DNA from: an uncultured Acidimicrobiaceae bacterium
GTDB lineage: Bacteria > Actinomycetota > Acidimicrobiia > Acidimicrobiales > RAAP-2
Length of the DNA: 64,000 nt
Reading direction: 5' to 3'
NCBI GenBank assembly: GCA_963829265.1
Contig: CAWHIB010000010.1
Location: 216,028-280,027, forward strand
Shown: in pieces, positions 24,025 through 33,417 of the stretch
How positions within the stretch are numbered: the stretch's first letter is position 1
Layout: the number at the start of each line of letters is the position of its first letter
The notes under the pieces: model-generated
Databases searched by the model: none
The model's input: only the letters and a program-made list of their open reading frames with translations
What the model was told of the DNA's origin: nothing
Translations under genes and position numbers: made by a program

Positions 24025-27000
24025 CGTCCACTCTCCTGGTCGGACGACCCACCGGATCCGGACGGCGCCGTCGCGGGGTCGTCTCCCACTGGTACGACGG
24101 ACCGGTCGTAGGCCGACCACAGATGCTCGGCGAAACAGCGGGCTCGGCCATCGGCGCCCGGTGGATCATGCGGCTGAACGGGCAGGGCCAGGACATCGTG
24201 GAACCCGAGTTCGCCGAGAGCGAACACGATGTCCCGATCCGAGGCATCGCCGCCTCCGGCATAGGACGACCAGTGGTCGGGCGCGGCATCGCCCGCGTGC
24301 AGGTGGTAGGAGAGCGTCGGAAACAGCGGGATCGGCTCCTGCCTCCCCCGCCGGAAGCAGTCCACCATCCGGCCGAGGGCACGTCGTGCTTCGTTGCCCC
24401 GTTCGGACCGCTCGTGCGCCGACACGAGATCGACCACCTCGGCTTCGCCCTTGGTCGTCGGGGACCGCCCGGCGACGATGGATCGCCACGCCTGGTCCGG
24501 GTCCTGCGCCTGGAGGGCCATCAAGTCGAGCCAGGCCTGGAGCATGTGGACCGGCTTGAGCTTCGAATACGTGGATCGGGCCGAACCCGGGGTTTCCGGA
24601 CCGAGGCGGAGTGGGACCGACCCCACCACTCGTGTGCGTTCGTCGACGAGGACGTCGATGCCGACATGGGAGTGGACCGAAGGTGCCACCGCACGCAGGG
24701 CCAGCTCGGCGAGGATCGCCTCCACGGTGCCACGGACGTCGGCGAGCAGTTCTGTGGACAGGGAGCCGGGCGGGAGCGACGACGCGGCACGCTCCCAGGC
24801 CAGCCACTCCTGGTAGTACCGACCGTGAAGGCGGGCGTCGAGCAGCCGGGTCCCCACGTGCCACTGCTCGAGGGCATCGATGGCGACTGGTAGTTGCATT
24901 GGAGGCGCCTCGACGGGTTCGGGCAGCCGGATGCCGAGGATCGATCGGACGAAGTAGGGCACGGGCTTGGAGAGGAACGACCTGAGGTCGTCGAGCTCGA
25001 CGACGTCGATCCCCGGAATCGACAGGGGACGAGGGACGAGCGGCGGTGCCGTCACCTGCCGGTCGGAGCGCGCCGTCGCCGCCAGGCGGTCCAGCGGATC
25101 GAAGGACCAGGGCGTATCACGAGCCAGCGCGGCCGGGTCGAACGAGTGGCGGGTGTGCACGATTTCCAGAGTTGAGCGCAGCGCTTCCTGCTCCCCTCCG
25201 GGGACGAGGGCCAGCACCGCTTCGAACAGCTCGGTCGCCACGACCGATGGACGGACCTCCTGGTTGGTGCGCACGTCCCGGCCCTCCCGCACGACGACGA
25301 GGTGGTCTTGGGCGGCGAGGACCGCTTCGAGCAGGCGCTGCCGGTCGTCCGAGCGGGCGTCGGGGTCGCCCAGCTGGGGCATCGAGGCGAGGAGGTCCTC
25401 GGTCGACGCCGGTGGAACGCCGAACGCGTCCTGGTCCATGCCGAGAATGCAGACGACCCGGAAGGGCACCCAGCGCAGGGGCGCCATGGAGGTGACCGTG
25501 ATCCCCCCGCGGAAGAATCCGGGGCGCTCCGGGGAGTCGTCCAAGAGCCCGCCCAGGAAACGGCGGATGTCGAGAAAGTCCACGACGGTGGCAGAGGGGG
25601 TGTCGTCCACCCGGGCCTGCTCACGGGCCGAAGCGACGATCGATGCCAACGCCTGCATCTGCCATGCCTGGTCGGTCGGCGCGTCGAACAGGCTGCTGCA
25701 CGACGCCCACACGAGGTCGAGCCATTGCGACGCGGTCCTCGGCTGGCGCGATGCTCGGGACAGGTCAGCGAGCAGGGTGACCACTTCGGCCAGCCGGCCG
25801 AGCACCTCGACGTCGCCGCCGTCGATCCCGTGGACGGCAACGCCGCCGATCGCCAGCTCGAACGACCCGTCAGCCACGGCCGTGCCGAGGAGGAGTCGGT
25901 CCAGCGCCGACTGCCACGAGTAGCCGTCGACCGCCGCGGTCACGCCGAAGAGCTCGCGGTGCTCGGCGTCGAGCCCCCACCGGACGTTGCAGTCCCCCAC
26001 CCAACGGGCGCACTTCGCCAGGTCGTCGTCGTCAAAGCCGAACCGCTGCCGGACCGGAGCGAGGGCCAGGAAATCGAGCACGTCCGCAGCCTCGAATCTC
26101 CCGACCACCAGGTCCAGGAGCGTCGCCGCCGCCCCGATGACGGGATTGACCGACCTGATCGATTGGTCGGCGATGGTGAACCGGAGCGAGGGCGGACCAT
26201 CCGCAGGTTCACCGGCTCCCGAGCCGCCACCGAAGACTGCCTCGACGAGCGGTGCGAAGCGATCCAGCTTCGGGCACAGCACGAGGACGTCCTCCTCCGT
26301 GAGGCCGGTCGACCCGTCCGCCAGGAGATGGAGGAGGGCATCCCTGGCCACCTGGACCTGGCGCATGGCTCCGAAGCAGGCGTGGAATCCGATGGACCGG
26401 TCGTCGGCGCGGGCGGACCGGGCGGCCGGGACCTCGTCGGACCGGAGGGCGCGTTGGAGCCGGGCGAGGAGCGTGTCGGGAGTCCCGTCATCGTCGTCGG
26501 CGACGAGGCGCTCGATGGGCGGAAGGCCATCGGCAGTGGCGTCGGCGATCAGGATGGCCGCCTCGCGCGGTACGCGACCCCATGACCGTAGGAGGGGATG
26601 GCGTACGAGGTCAGCCGTCGGATCGGCGGCCCGTAGGCGCGCCTGGCCGGGCATGGGTCGAGGAAACATGCGCTGCATGGCGATCACGTCGAAAGCGCTG
26701 GGTTCGAGGAGGAAGACGTGGACGTCGACTTGCGCCGCCACCGCCCGGATCAGTTCCGGGAATTCGGGACCGGGCAGGGAGGTGAAGCCGAAGAAGAGCA
26801 GCCGGTCGGGCAGTTCCAATCGCAGTGCGCCAGACCGAAGGCGCTCCATGGATTCCTGCAGCTGCTCCGGCGGGCTCTGTAGGCCGATGCGGGCGCGCAG
26901 CGTCCTCCACAGGTGGGGCTGCCACGCCTGCGAGGGGTCGATCCGTCCACCCCCCGCGTCCACGTCGTCGCCGGCCTGCCAGGCACGTACCATGGTCGGC

Positions 27001-27434
27001 CGGTGGCGGTGGTAGCGGTCGAACAGGTCGGCGACCCTTCGGGCCCGGGAGTAACGGGACCCGCTCACCGGGAGGCGAACGAACTCCGCCAGCTGGGGAT
27101 CGTCAACCCCGGACTCGGCAACCTCGAGGAGCGGCCACACGATCCGGTCGAGCGTCCATGCGCGATCGTCGCCCACCTCCGAATCGGCACGGAGGAGGGC
27201 GTCGCGGAGGTCGGCCGGCAACGCCACCTCGAAATTGGCGGCGATCCCATCGCCGAGTCGAGGATCCGACGCCCCCAGCGTCCCGGCGAGCTGGATCATG
27301 AGCCATCGCCGCAGGCCGACGGTCGGGACCGTGAGCCATTCCCTCTCCATCGGGTCGAGTGGGTCGGACCGGAGGACCTCGGCGAGTCTCCCCACCAGGT
27401 CCTCCGCCCGGTCCGCCGAGTAGAGATGCATCAC
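24021..27434 (-). CDS. recC: exodeoxyribonuclease V gamma subunit RecC
   Basis: Intact 1137-aa ORF directly upstream of recB. The N-terminus MHLYSADRAEDLVGRLAEVL is typical of RecC. Confidence 0.85.
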   Translation of the reverse strand: MMHLYSADRAEDLVGRLAEVLRSDPLDPMEREWLTVPTVGLRRWLMIQLAGTLGASDPRLGDGIAANFEVALPADLRDALLRADSEVGDDRAWTLDRIVWPLLEVAESGVDDPQLAEFVRLPVSGSRYSRARRVADLFDRYHRHRPTMVRAWQAGDDVDAGGGRIDPSQAWQPHLWRTLRARIGLQSPPEQLQESMERLRSGALRLELPDRLLFFGFTSLPGPEFPELIRAVAAQVDVHVFLLEPSAFDVIAMQRMFPRPMPGQARLRAADPTADLVRHPLLRSWGRVPREAAILIADATADGLPPIERLVADDDDGTPDTLLARLQRALRSDEVPAARSARADDRSIGFHACFGAMRQVQVARDALLHLLADGSTGLTEEDVLVLCPKLDRFAPLVEAVFGGGSGAGEPADGPPSLRFTIADQSIRSVNPVIGAAATLLDLVVGRFEAADVLDFLALAPVRQRFGFDDDDLAKCARWVGDCNVRWGLDAEHRELFGVTAAVDGYSWQSALDRLLLGTAVADGSFELAIGGVAVHGIDGGDVEVLGRLAEVVTLLADLSRASRQPRTASQWLDLVWASCSSLFDAPTDQAWQMQALASIVASAREQARVDDTPSATVVDFLDIRRFLGGLLDDSPERPGFFRGGITVTSMAPLRWVPFRVVCILGMDQDAFGVPPASTEDLLASMPQLGDPDARSDDRQRLLEAVLAAQDHLVVVREGRDVRTNQEVRPSVVATELFEAVLALVPGGEQEALRSTLEIVHTRHSFDPAALARDTPWSFDPLDRLAATARSDRQVTAPPLVPRPLSIPGIDVVELDDLRSFLSKPVPYFVRSILGIRLPEPVEAPPMQLPVAIDALEQWHVGTRLLDARLHGRYYQEWLAWERAASSLPPGSLSTELLADVRGTVEAILAELALRAVAPSVHSHVGIDVLVDERTRVVGSVPLRLGPETPGSARSTYSKLKPVHMLQAWLDLMALQAQDPDQAWRSIVAGRSPTTKGEAEVVDLVSAHERSERGNEARRALGRMVDCFRRGRQEPIPLFPTLSYHLHAGDAAPDHWSSYAGGGDASDRDIVFALGELGFHDVLALPVQPHDPPGADGRARCFAEHLWSAYDRSVVPVGDDPATAPSGSGGSSDQESGR

Positions 27435-27564
27435 GGGGACGGACCTTACTCATGTGGTGCGACGGCGATCCGGCCGACGACGGGTATCGCCACCCGGTCC
27501 CGGTCCCGATGCCACGATGGAGAGGGCGCCCCGACCGCGGGGCGACGGCATCCGGGAGGTGTCC

Positions 27565-28408
27565 ATGGGGCAAGCCATCATCGCGGCCTCGAACGGAGCC
27601 GGATTCCTGCTCTTCCTCGTGGTGGCCGCCTTCTTCTACGTGCTCTTCGCGCTACCCGTGTGGGGCACGTACCAGAAGGCTTCGCCCCAGGGTGAGCCCG
27701 CATGGGCGGCATTCGTTCCGGTCTACAGCTTCATCATCCTGCTGCGGGTGGCGGGACGTCCGGCGTGGTGGGCCTGGTTCCTCCTGCTTCCGCTGTTCCC
27801 GTACCTCGGAACCATCGCCCTGCTCGTGCTGTCGATCATCGTCCTGAACGACGTCTCGAAGGGCTTCGGCCACGGAGGCGGATTCACCGTCGGCCTCGTC
27901 CTGCTCCCGATCGTCTTCTGGTTCATCCTGTGGCTGGGGAGCAGCACCTACCGCGGGCCCCAGGGTCCGACCGCCATGGCCGGTGGCTATGGCGGGTACC
28001 CCAACCAGGGCTTCCCTCCATCCGGGGGATACGCCCAACCCGGCTACCCCAGCACGGCTACCAGCAGCAGGGCTATCCGCAGCAGGGCTACCAGCAGCAG
28101 GCCTATCCGCAGCAGGGCGGGTACCCTCCCCCTCCCCCCCGCCGCCCGGTGCCGGCTATCCGCCCCCGCCCCCGCCCCCGCCTCCCGGTAACTACCCGCC
28201 ACCCCCCCGGCCGGGTACCGCCTACCCGCCACCACCCCGGCCGGGTACCGCCTACCCGCCACCTCCCCCACCCGGCGGACCGGCCGGCCAGCCGACGCCG
28301 GGAACGGCATCACCACCGCCGACGCCTCCCGGCACCTATCCGCCACCACCTCCCCCGGCGCCGGGCGGCATGCCACCCGAGGTTCCTCCCGACGCGCCGG
28401 CCCGGTAG
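27565..28408 (+). CDS. DUF5684-like small membrane protein with long Pro/Gln/Tyr-rich C-terminal tail (frame changes within the low-complexity tail)
   Basis: ATG at 27565 (MGQAIIAASNGAGFLLFLVVAAFFYVLFALPVWGTYQKA...AWAAFVPVYSFIILLRVAGRPAWWAWF). The tail is readable as GYPQHGYQQQGYPQQGYQQQAYPQQGGYPPPPP and PPPPGNYPPPPRPGTAYPPPP in two other frames. Confidence 0.65.
28205..28264. repeat. 30-bp tandem duplication in the Pro-rich coding tail
   Basis: ccccggccgggtaccgcctacccgccacca occurs twice with one mismatch. It encodes PRPGTAYPPP twice. Confidence 0.9.
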
Positions 28409-28453
28409 CGGGCGATCCCTACCGGGATCGCCCGCCGGATCCCGAATTCCGGG

Positions 28454-28720
28454 CTACGAGCGGATCAGGCCGTCCGGCGCCGAGTCGAGCATGTCCAGGA
28501 TGGCCAGGGCCAGTGCCCGGGCCGACACCGGGTCGAGCTCGACGGCCACCCGGGCCGCGGCCCCCCGGGACGGGTTGCGCAGGTCGACGTTGAGCGTGTG
28601 GTCGGCCGGGGCGTGGACGGGATGGTCGAAGTAGACCGAGGCGTCGGTCACCGGGAACCAGCCCGCCGCCCCTTTCCCGCTGCCCTCGACCTCCAGGGTC
28701 GTCGTCCGGTAGGTGCACAT
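28454..28720 (-). CDS. small conserved hypothetical protein (88 aa)
   Basis: This is the tail of ORF 28454..29476, starting MCTYRTTTLEVEGSGKGAAGWFPVTDASVYFDHPVHAPADHTLNVDL. It is co-directional with and downstream of the hydrolase gene. Coding bias is good. Confidence 0.55.
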   Translation of the reverse strand: MCTYRTTTLEVEGSGKGAAGWFPVTDASVYFDHPVHAPADHTLNVDLRNPSRGAAARVAVELDPVSARALALAILDMLDSAPDGLIRS

Positions 28721-28781
28721 GGCGTTGTCCTTCCCTCGTGCGTCGTCGGGCCCTCGTGTGTCGTCGTCGGGTTTGCCAGGT

Positions 28782-29528
28782 TCAGATCGACAGGTGCCGG
28801 CCGAAGAACGCCCAGATCCGCTCCCAACCGTCGCCGGCCGCTTCGGCCCGGAAGCTCGGCCGGTCGGTGTTGAAGAAGGCGTGGCCCGCTCCCTCGTAGG
28901 AGTGGAACTCCACTTCTTTGCCCGCGGCCACCAGCAACCGCTCCAGTTCTGCGACCTCCTCGGGCCCCGGGTACAGGTCCTCGGACCCGAACAGCCCGAG
29001 CAGGGGGCAGGAGAGGCCCGCCACCTTGTCACCGAGCGGGGTGACCGCCAACGGGAAGCCGTCGGGCGGTGCGGACAACGCGAAGGCGCCGTAGCAGTCG
29101 ACGGCCGCGTCGAGCTCCAGGCTGCAGGCGGCCAGCAGCGACTGGCGACCTCCGGAGCAGTAGCCGATGGAGGCGAGCTTGCCGTTCGATTCGGGCAGTG
29201 CGGCGAGGTGGGCCATCGACCCCGCCACGTCGCCGACCAGGCGGTCGTCGGGGACGCCCCCGTTGGCTCTGGCCGCGGCCGCCGCGTCGTCGGGGCCGGC
29301 CCCGGGCGCCTCCCGGAAGTAGAGGTTGGGCATGAGGGCCAGGTAGCCGTGGGCGGCGAACTTGCGGGTGATCTCCTTGGTGCCGGCGTCGTAGCCCGGC
29401 ATGTGGTGGATGACCACCACTCCCCCGGCCGGTGGGGCGTCGAGCGGCATGGCCAGGTAGGCCTCCACGGGGTCACCGCCGTGGCCGACGATGGTCACCG
29501 TCTCTGCCGTCAGGTCTCCGGGTGTCAC
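28782..29528 (-). CDS. dienelactone hydrolase family protein
   Basis: Intact 248-aa ORF with the Cys nucleophile elbow GYCSGG. The GTG start overlaps the MerR stop by 4 nt. Confidence 0.85.
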   Translation of the reverse strand: MTPGDLTAETVTIVGHGGDPVEAYLAMPLDAPPAGGVVVIHHMPGYDAGTKEITRKFAAHGYLALMPNLYFREAPGAGPDDAAAAARANGGVPDDRLVGDVAGSMAHLAALPESNGKLASIGYCSGGRQSLLAACSLELDAAVDCYGAFALSAPPDGFPLAVTPLGDKVAGLSCPLLGLFGSEDLYPGPEEVAELERLLVAAGKEVEFHSYEGAGHAFFNTDRPSFRAEAAGDGWERIWAFFGRHLSI

Positions 29529-30016
29529 GTGTCGCCCTCCTCGGGTTCGGTGTGGTGGTCGAGTTCGGTGCGGAGCTCGGTCAGGTGCTCGCCCTTGGCC
29601 GCCCGCTCGTCGCGGAAGGCCCGGATCCGGGCCAGGGTGTCGTCGAGGCGGACGAGCAGGTGCGCGTTGGCCTCGATCGCTTCGTCGAGCAGTTGGCGCC
29701 TACGGGATGGATCGGCGTCCCCCCACCGGAACTCGGATCGGGCCCGGTCGAGGGCGTCGACGTCCTCCGTCTCCAGCACCACCCGCACCTCGGCCAACGA
29801 GAAGCCGAGGAGCTCCTGGAGATCGCGGATCCGGGTCACCCGAGCCATGTCGGTGGGAAGGTAGAGCCGCTCCCCTCCGGTGCGGTGGCCACTCGGACGG
29901 AGGAGTCCCAGCTCCTCCCAGTAGCGGAGGGTCCGCGTGGTCACCCCCGTGCGCTGGGCCAGTTCGCCGATGCGCAGCACGCCGGACGTCTCGAACGAGG
30001 TCCCCGCGCCGCTCAC
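29525..30016 (-). CDS. MerR family transcriptional regulator
   Basis: HTH LRIGELAQRTGVTTRTLRYWEELGLLRP followed by a coiled-coil dimerisation region. The GTG start at 30016 overlaps the MFS stop. Confidence 0.85.
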   Translation of the reverse strand: MSGAGTSFETSGVLRIGELAQRTGVTTRTLRYWEELGLLRPSGHRTGGERLYLPTDMARVTRIRDLQELLGFSLAEVRVVLETEDVDALDRARSEFRWGDADPSRRRQLLDEAIEANAHLLVRLDDTLARIRAFRDERAAKGEHLTELRTELDHHTEPEEGDT

Positions 30017-31929
30017 GGGAGGGCCTCGGTGTCGGCCCCGACGGCCTCGGCCGCGGCCAGGTCGGCGCTCGCCCGCACCTGACCCTCGCCGGGTCGACCA
30101 CCCTCGGCGGTGGGCGGCGCGCCCGCGCCGATCTGCTGGTCGCCCTCGGCATCGGCCTCGTCGCCCTCGGTGTAGACGTACCGTCCGCCTCGCAACCACG
30201 AGGCCCATGCCGCGCCGAGGCTGGCGACGATGGCGAAGTCGAGCGCGGCGTGCAACCCGGCCTGGAACGGACCACCGATCAGCCGGGGGAAGAAGCCCCG
30301 GCCGGTGAGCGCGGCCTGCTGGGCCGGGGTGAGCTGGGCCAGGACGTGGGGGCCGACGAGGTGCTCGACCGGGTTGTAGCCGAGGAACGCCGCGAACAGG
30401 GTGGACACGGGCGACAGGTGGGCGGCCCGGTCGGCCACCCCGACCGGTACCCCGTGGGCGGTCAGTCCGTGCAGCAGGTGGTCGGGCAGCGACGCGGTGA
30501 TGCCGACGATCATCAGCGTGAAGAAGATCCCGATCGACAGGACCTGGGCCGAATTCTGGAAGGTGGTGTTCATGCCGGATCCCGCGCCGCGGTGCTGGGC
30601 GGGCAGGCTGTTCATGACCCCGGCCCGGTTGGGCGAGCCGAACGAGGCCATGCACAGCCCGGTCCCGAGGAGGAGCAGGGCGAAGACCGGGTAGGGGAAG
30701 TCGACGGGCAGCAGCTCGAGGAGGACGAAGCAGGCGGCCGTCCCGAGCATCCCGCCGGTGGCGAACGGGCGCGGCCCGAACCGGTCGGACAGCACCCCCG
30801 AGAGCGGGCCGGCGACGAGGAAGCCCAGCGTCAGCGGCAGCATGGCGATTCCGGCCCACAGCGGGGTGACGGCGAAGGCGTAGCCGTGCAGGGGCAGCCA
30901 GATCCCCTGGAGCCAGATGATGAGCATGAGCATCAGCCCGCCCCGGCTGAGGGCGGCGAGGAAGCTGGCCAGCACTCCCGAGGTGAAGGCCCGGATCTTG
31001 AACAGCTGCAGCCGGAACATGGGCTGGGCCACCCGGGTCTCCACCACGCAGAAGGCGGCGAGGAGGACCACACCCAGGGCGAGGGACCCGAGCACCACGG
31101 GGTTGGTCCATCCCATCACGTGGTCGCCGTACGGCTCGATGCCGTAGGTGATCCCGATCATGACCAGCACCAGGCCGAGGCCGAAGGTGATGTTGCCGGG
31201 CCAATCGATCCGGGCCGGGCGGCGCGGGCTCGTCTCGCGGAGCTCCCGGTAGCCGAGGACGGTCCCGAACAGCCCGATGGGCACCGAGACGAGGAAGATC
31301 CACCGCCAGTTGAGCGGGGCCAGGACGCCGCCCAGCACCAGCCCGATGAACACACCGCTGAAGGCGGCGGCCTGGTTGACCCCGAGGGCCATCCCCCGCC
31401 GGTCGTCGGGGAACACGTCGGTGAGGATGGCCGCCGAGTTGGCCATCAACATGGCTGCGCCCACGCCCTGGAAGATCCGCATGACGATGAGCCACACCCC
31501 GGCCGCGTGACCGGTCATCCAGGTGATGCTGAGCATCAACGAGAAGAACGTGAACACGGCGAAGCCGAGGTTGTAGATGCGCACACGTCCGTAGATGTCG
31601 CCCATGCGGCCGAGCGTGACCACCAGGACGCTGGTGACGACGAGGAACCCGAGGATCATCCACAACAGGTAGAAGGTGTTGCCCGGCTGGAGGGGGTCGA
31701 TGCCGATCCCCCGGAAGATGTTGGGAAGCGAGATCAGGACGATCGAGCTGTCGATGGTGGCCATCAGCATCCCGAGCGTCGAGATGAACAGCGCCATCCA
31801 CTTGTAGCTGGACGGCAGGGTGTCGAGGCCGCCCCGGAGGCGGGCCTCACGGTCGGACCGGGGCGAGGTGCCGGGCTGGCGGTCCGGACCGTCCCCTGTC
31901 CCTGCGGACCGCTGGATGAGGGCCATCAC
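30013..31929 (-). CDS. MFS transporter, DHA2 (EmrB/QacA-like, about 14 TMS) drug:H+ antiporter type
   Basis: Intact 638-aa ORF. It has many TM segments, a GRMGDIYGR motif A-like loop, and a long acidic C-terminal tail. Confidence 0.85.
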   Translation of the reverse strand: MMALIQRSAGTGDGPDRQPGTSPRSDREARLRGGLDTLPSSYKWMALFISTLGMLMATIDSSIVLISLPNIFRGIGIDPLQPGNTFYLLWMILGFLVVTSVLVVTLGRMGDIYGRVRIYNLGFAVFTFFSLMLSITWMTGHAAGVWLIVMRIFQGVGAAMLMANSAAILTDVFPDDRRGMALGVNQAAAFSGVFIGLVLGGVLAPLNWRWIFLVSVPIGLFGTVLGYRELRETSPRRPARIDWPGNITFGLGLVLVMIGITYGIEPYGDHVMGWTNPVVLGSLALGVVLLAAFCVVETRVAQPMFRLQLFKIRAFTSGVLASFLAALSRGGLMLMLIIWLQGIWLPLHGYAFAVTPLWAGIAMLPLTLGFLVAGPLSGVLSDRFGPRPFATGGMLGTAACFVLLELLPVDFPYPVFALLLLGTGLCMASFGSPNRAGVMNSLPAQHRGAGSGMNTTFQNSAQVLSIGIFFTLMIVGITASLPDHLLHGLTAHGVPVGVADRAAHLSPVSTLFAAFLGYNPVEHLVGPHVLAQLTPAQQAALTGRGFFPRLIGGPFQAGLHAALDFAIVASLGAAWASWLRGGRYVYTEGDEADAEGDQQIGAGAPPTAEGGRPGEGQVRASADLAAAEAVGADTEALP

Positions 31930-31975
31930 TGCTCCTACCGGACGGGAGGACCCCTACCGGGCGGTGCGGGGTGCC

Positions 31976-32005
31976 GACGTCGAGCTTAACGCATACGTCA
32001 ACGTC
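31976..32005. promoter_or_regulatory. imperfect inverted repeat GACGTCGAG-N12-GTCAACGTC upstream of the MFS-MerR operon (candidate MerR-type operator/promoter)
   Basis: The arms match at 7 of 9 positions. On the coding (minus) strand it contains TTGACG. It lies 47-76 nt upstream of the MFS start, in a locally AT-richer patch. Confidence 0.3.
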
Positions 32006-32112
32006 AGTCGATGTCCGTGGTCGCCGCGGTGCCCCGGGCCCGACATTCCCACGGCCGTCGCCGGGCCGATTGGCCACCGGGCGGTGGATGGCCGGGCCTA
32101 TCGTCAGGGGTC

Positions 32113-33087
32113 ATGACCCGCGCCCCGGCCGTCATCCGCCCGCGCCGTCCGGTGGCGCGCCACCTGTCGGTCCTGTCCGTGGCCGGGTTGGGGCTGCTCG
32201 CCGGCTGCGGCTCGTCGCTCCTCGGGTCGACCTCGTCGACCGGTGCCTCGTCGACCTCGACCACCTCGGGCAGCTCGTCGTCGACCACCGTGCCCATCAA
32301 CGGCGAGGTGGCGGTGGCCTTCCCGGTGGTCGCCTGCATCGATCCGTCCTACGGGGGAAGTGCGATCAAGGCGTCCTCGGGCTGGCGCCCCTCCATCATC
32401 CTGGCCCCCGTCCCCACCTCCCTCGTCGGGAAGGTCACCTTCTACACCGACGGTGTCCACACCCTCCTCGCCCCGTCCGGGTGGACGTGCGCGTTGGTGG
32501 CCCCGATCCCGACCGGCCACGGGAACCAGGGGACGACCTCCAGCACGACCCCGACGCCGTTCAACGGCGGGACGACCACGACCTCGTCCCCGTCGGCGGG
32601 CCCGACGTCTGGGCAGTACGCCGCCATCGGATCGCCGGGATCGACCACGCTGGCCGTCTACCCCACGAACGACCCCAACCCCCCGACGACCGGGCCCCCG
32701 GCCCCGGGCACCGAGGGCGTCTTCGGCACCTGGGCCTCCACCGGGTCCGCCGCCGGGGTCGACCTCGTGTGCCCGTTCTTCGCCATCCCGACCTGGCAGG
32801 CCCAGTCGGCCGGCTGCTCGACGACGAAGCCGGCGGGAGAGCTGACCAACGCCCTGACCCCCGACGTGACCGCCGTGGCCGACCCGACCGGTGTCGTGGG
32901 CAGCCTGGCCGCTTCGGGCGGGCAGACGGTGGCCACGGGCGTGGTGCTGTTCCCCCAGACGCCGTCGGCCGTCTCCTACGGATCGGCGACGGCCGTGGCC
33001 GCCGAGTCCTGTGTGCTGAGCACGTCCCCGTTGTGCCCGACCGTCCTGTCGGACTTCGAGGTGCGCGAGTTCCCCGTCCCGAAGTAG
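32113..33087 (+). CDS. hypothetical lipoprotein with Ser/Thr-rich linkers
   Basis: ATG at 32113 within ORF 32011..33087. It has a signal peptide plus lipobox (LGLLAGCGSS), an STS-rich linker and conserved Cys pairs. Confidence 0.7.
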   Translation: MTRAPAVIRPRRPVARHLSVLSVAGLGLLAGCGSSLLGSTSSTGASSTSTTSGSSSSTTVPINGEVAVAFPVVACIDPSYGGSAIKASSGWRPSIILAPVPTSLVGKVTFYTDGVHTLLAPSGWTCALVAPIPTGHGNQGTTSSTTPTPFNGGTTTTSSPSAGPTSGQYAAIGSPGSTTLAVYPTNDPNPPTTGPPAPGTEGVFGTWASTGSAAGVDLVCPFFAIPTWQAQSAGCSTTKPAGELTNALTPDVTAVADPTGVVGSLAASGGQTVATGVVLFPQTPSAVSYGSATAVAAESCVLSTSPLCPTVLSDFEVREFPVPK

Positions 33088-33258
33088 GCAACCCGACCAC
33101 GACGGGAGCGCCGCCGAGCGCCCCCGGCCGGACGCTCCGTCCAACCGGTCGTCGTGCGACGGAATCGCGAGCGGTTGCTCCCGGAATCCCACGTTGGGTG
33201 GCCGTTCGGTTGCAAACCACCCGTTTCCCACAGATTCGGCCACCCTGCGTGGAATTGG

Positions 33259-33287
33259 TTGACCTCTGCACGACCGACCCGTAGGTT
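33259..33287 (+). promoter_or_regulatory. candidate sigma-70-type promoter (TTGACC-17 nt-TAGGTT) for the FtsH-like gene
   Basis: -35 at 33259-33264 and -10 at 33282-33287. It is preceded by a perfect 9-bp inverted repeat GGGTGGCCG(33196-33204)/CGGCCACCC(33237-33245). This is prediction only. Confidence 0.3.
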
Positions 33288-33417
33288 CGGCACAGGTCGT
33301 CACCTGCTTCCCGGGTCGGCGATCGTGTTCGACAGCGGGACCCGGCGACAGCCGGTGGACCGACGGCAGGGGCATCGGGGCCACGTCGGCCCCGAGAACA
33401 CAGGACGGAGCACGACC

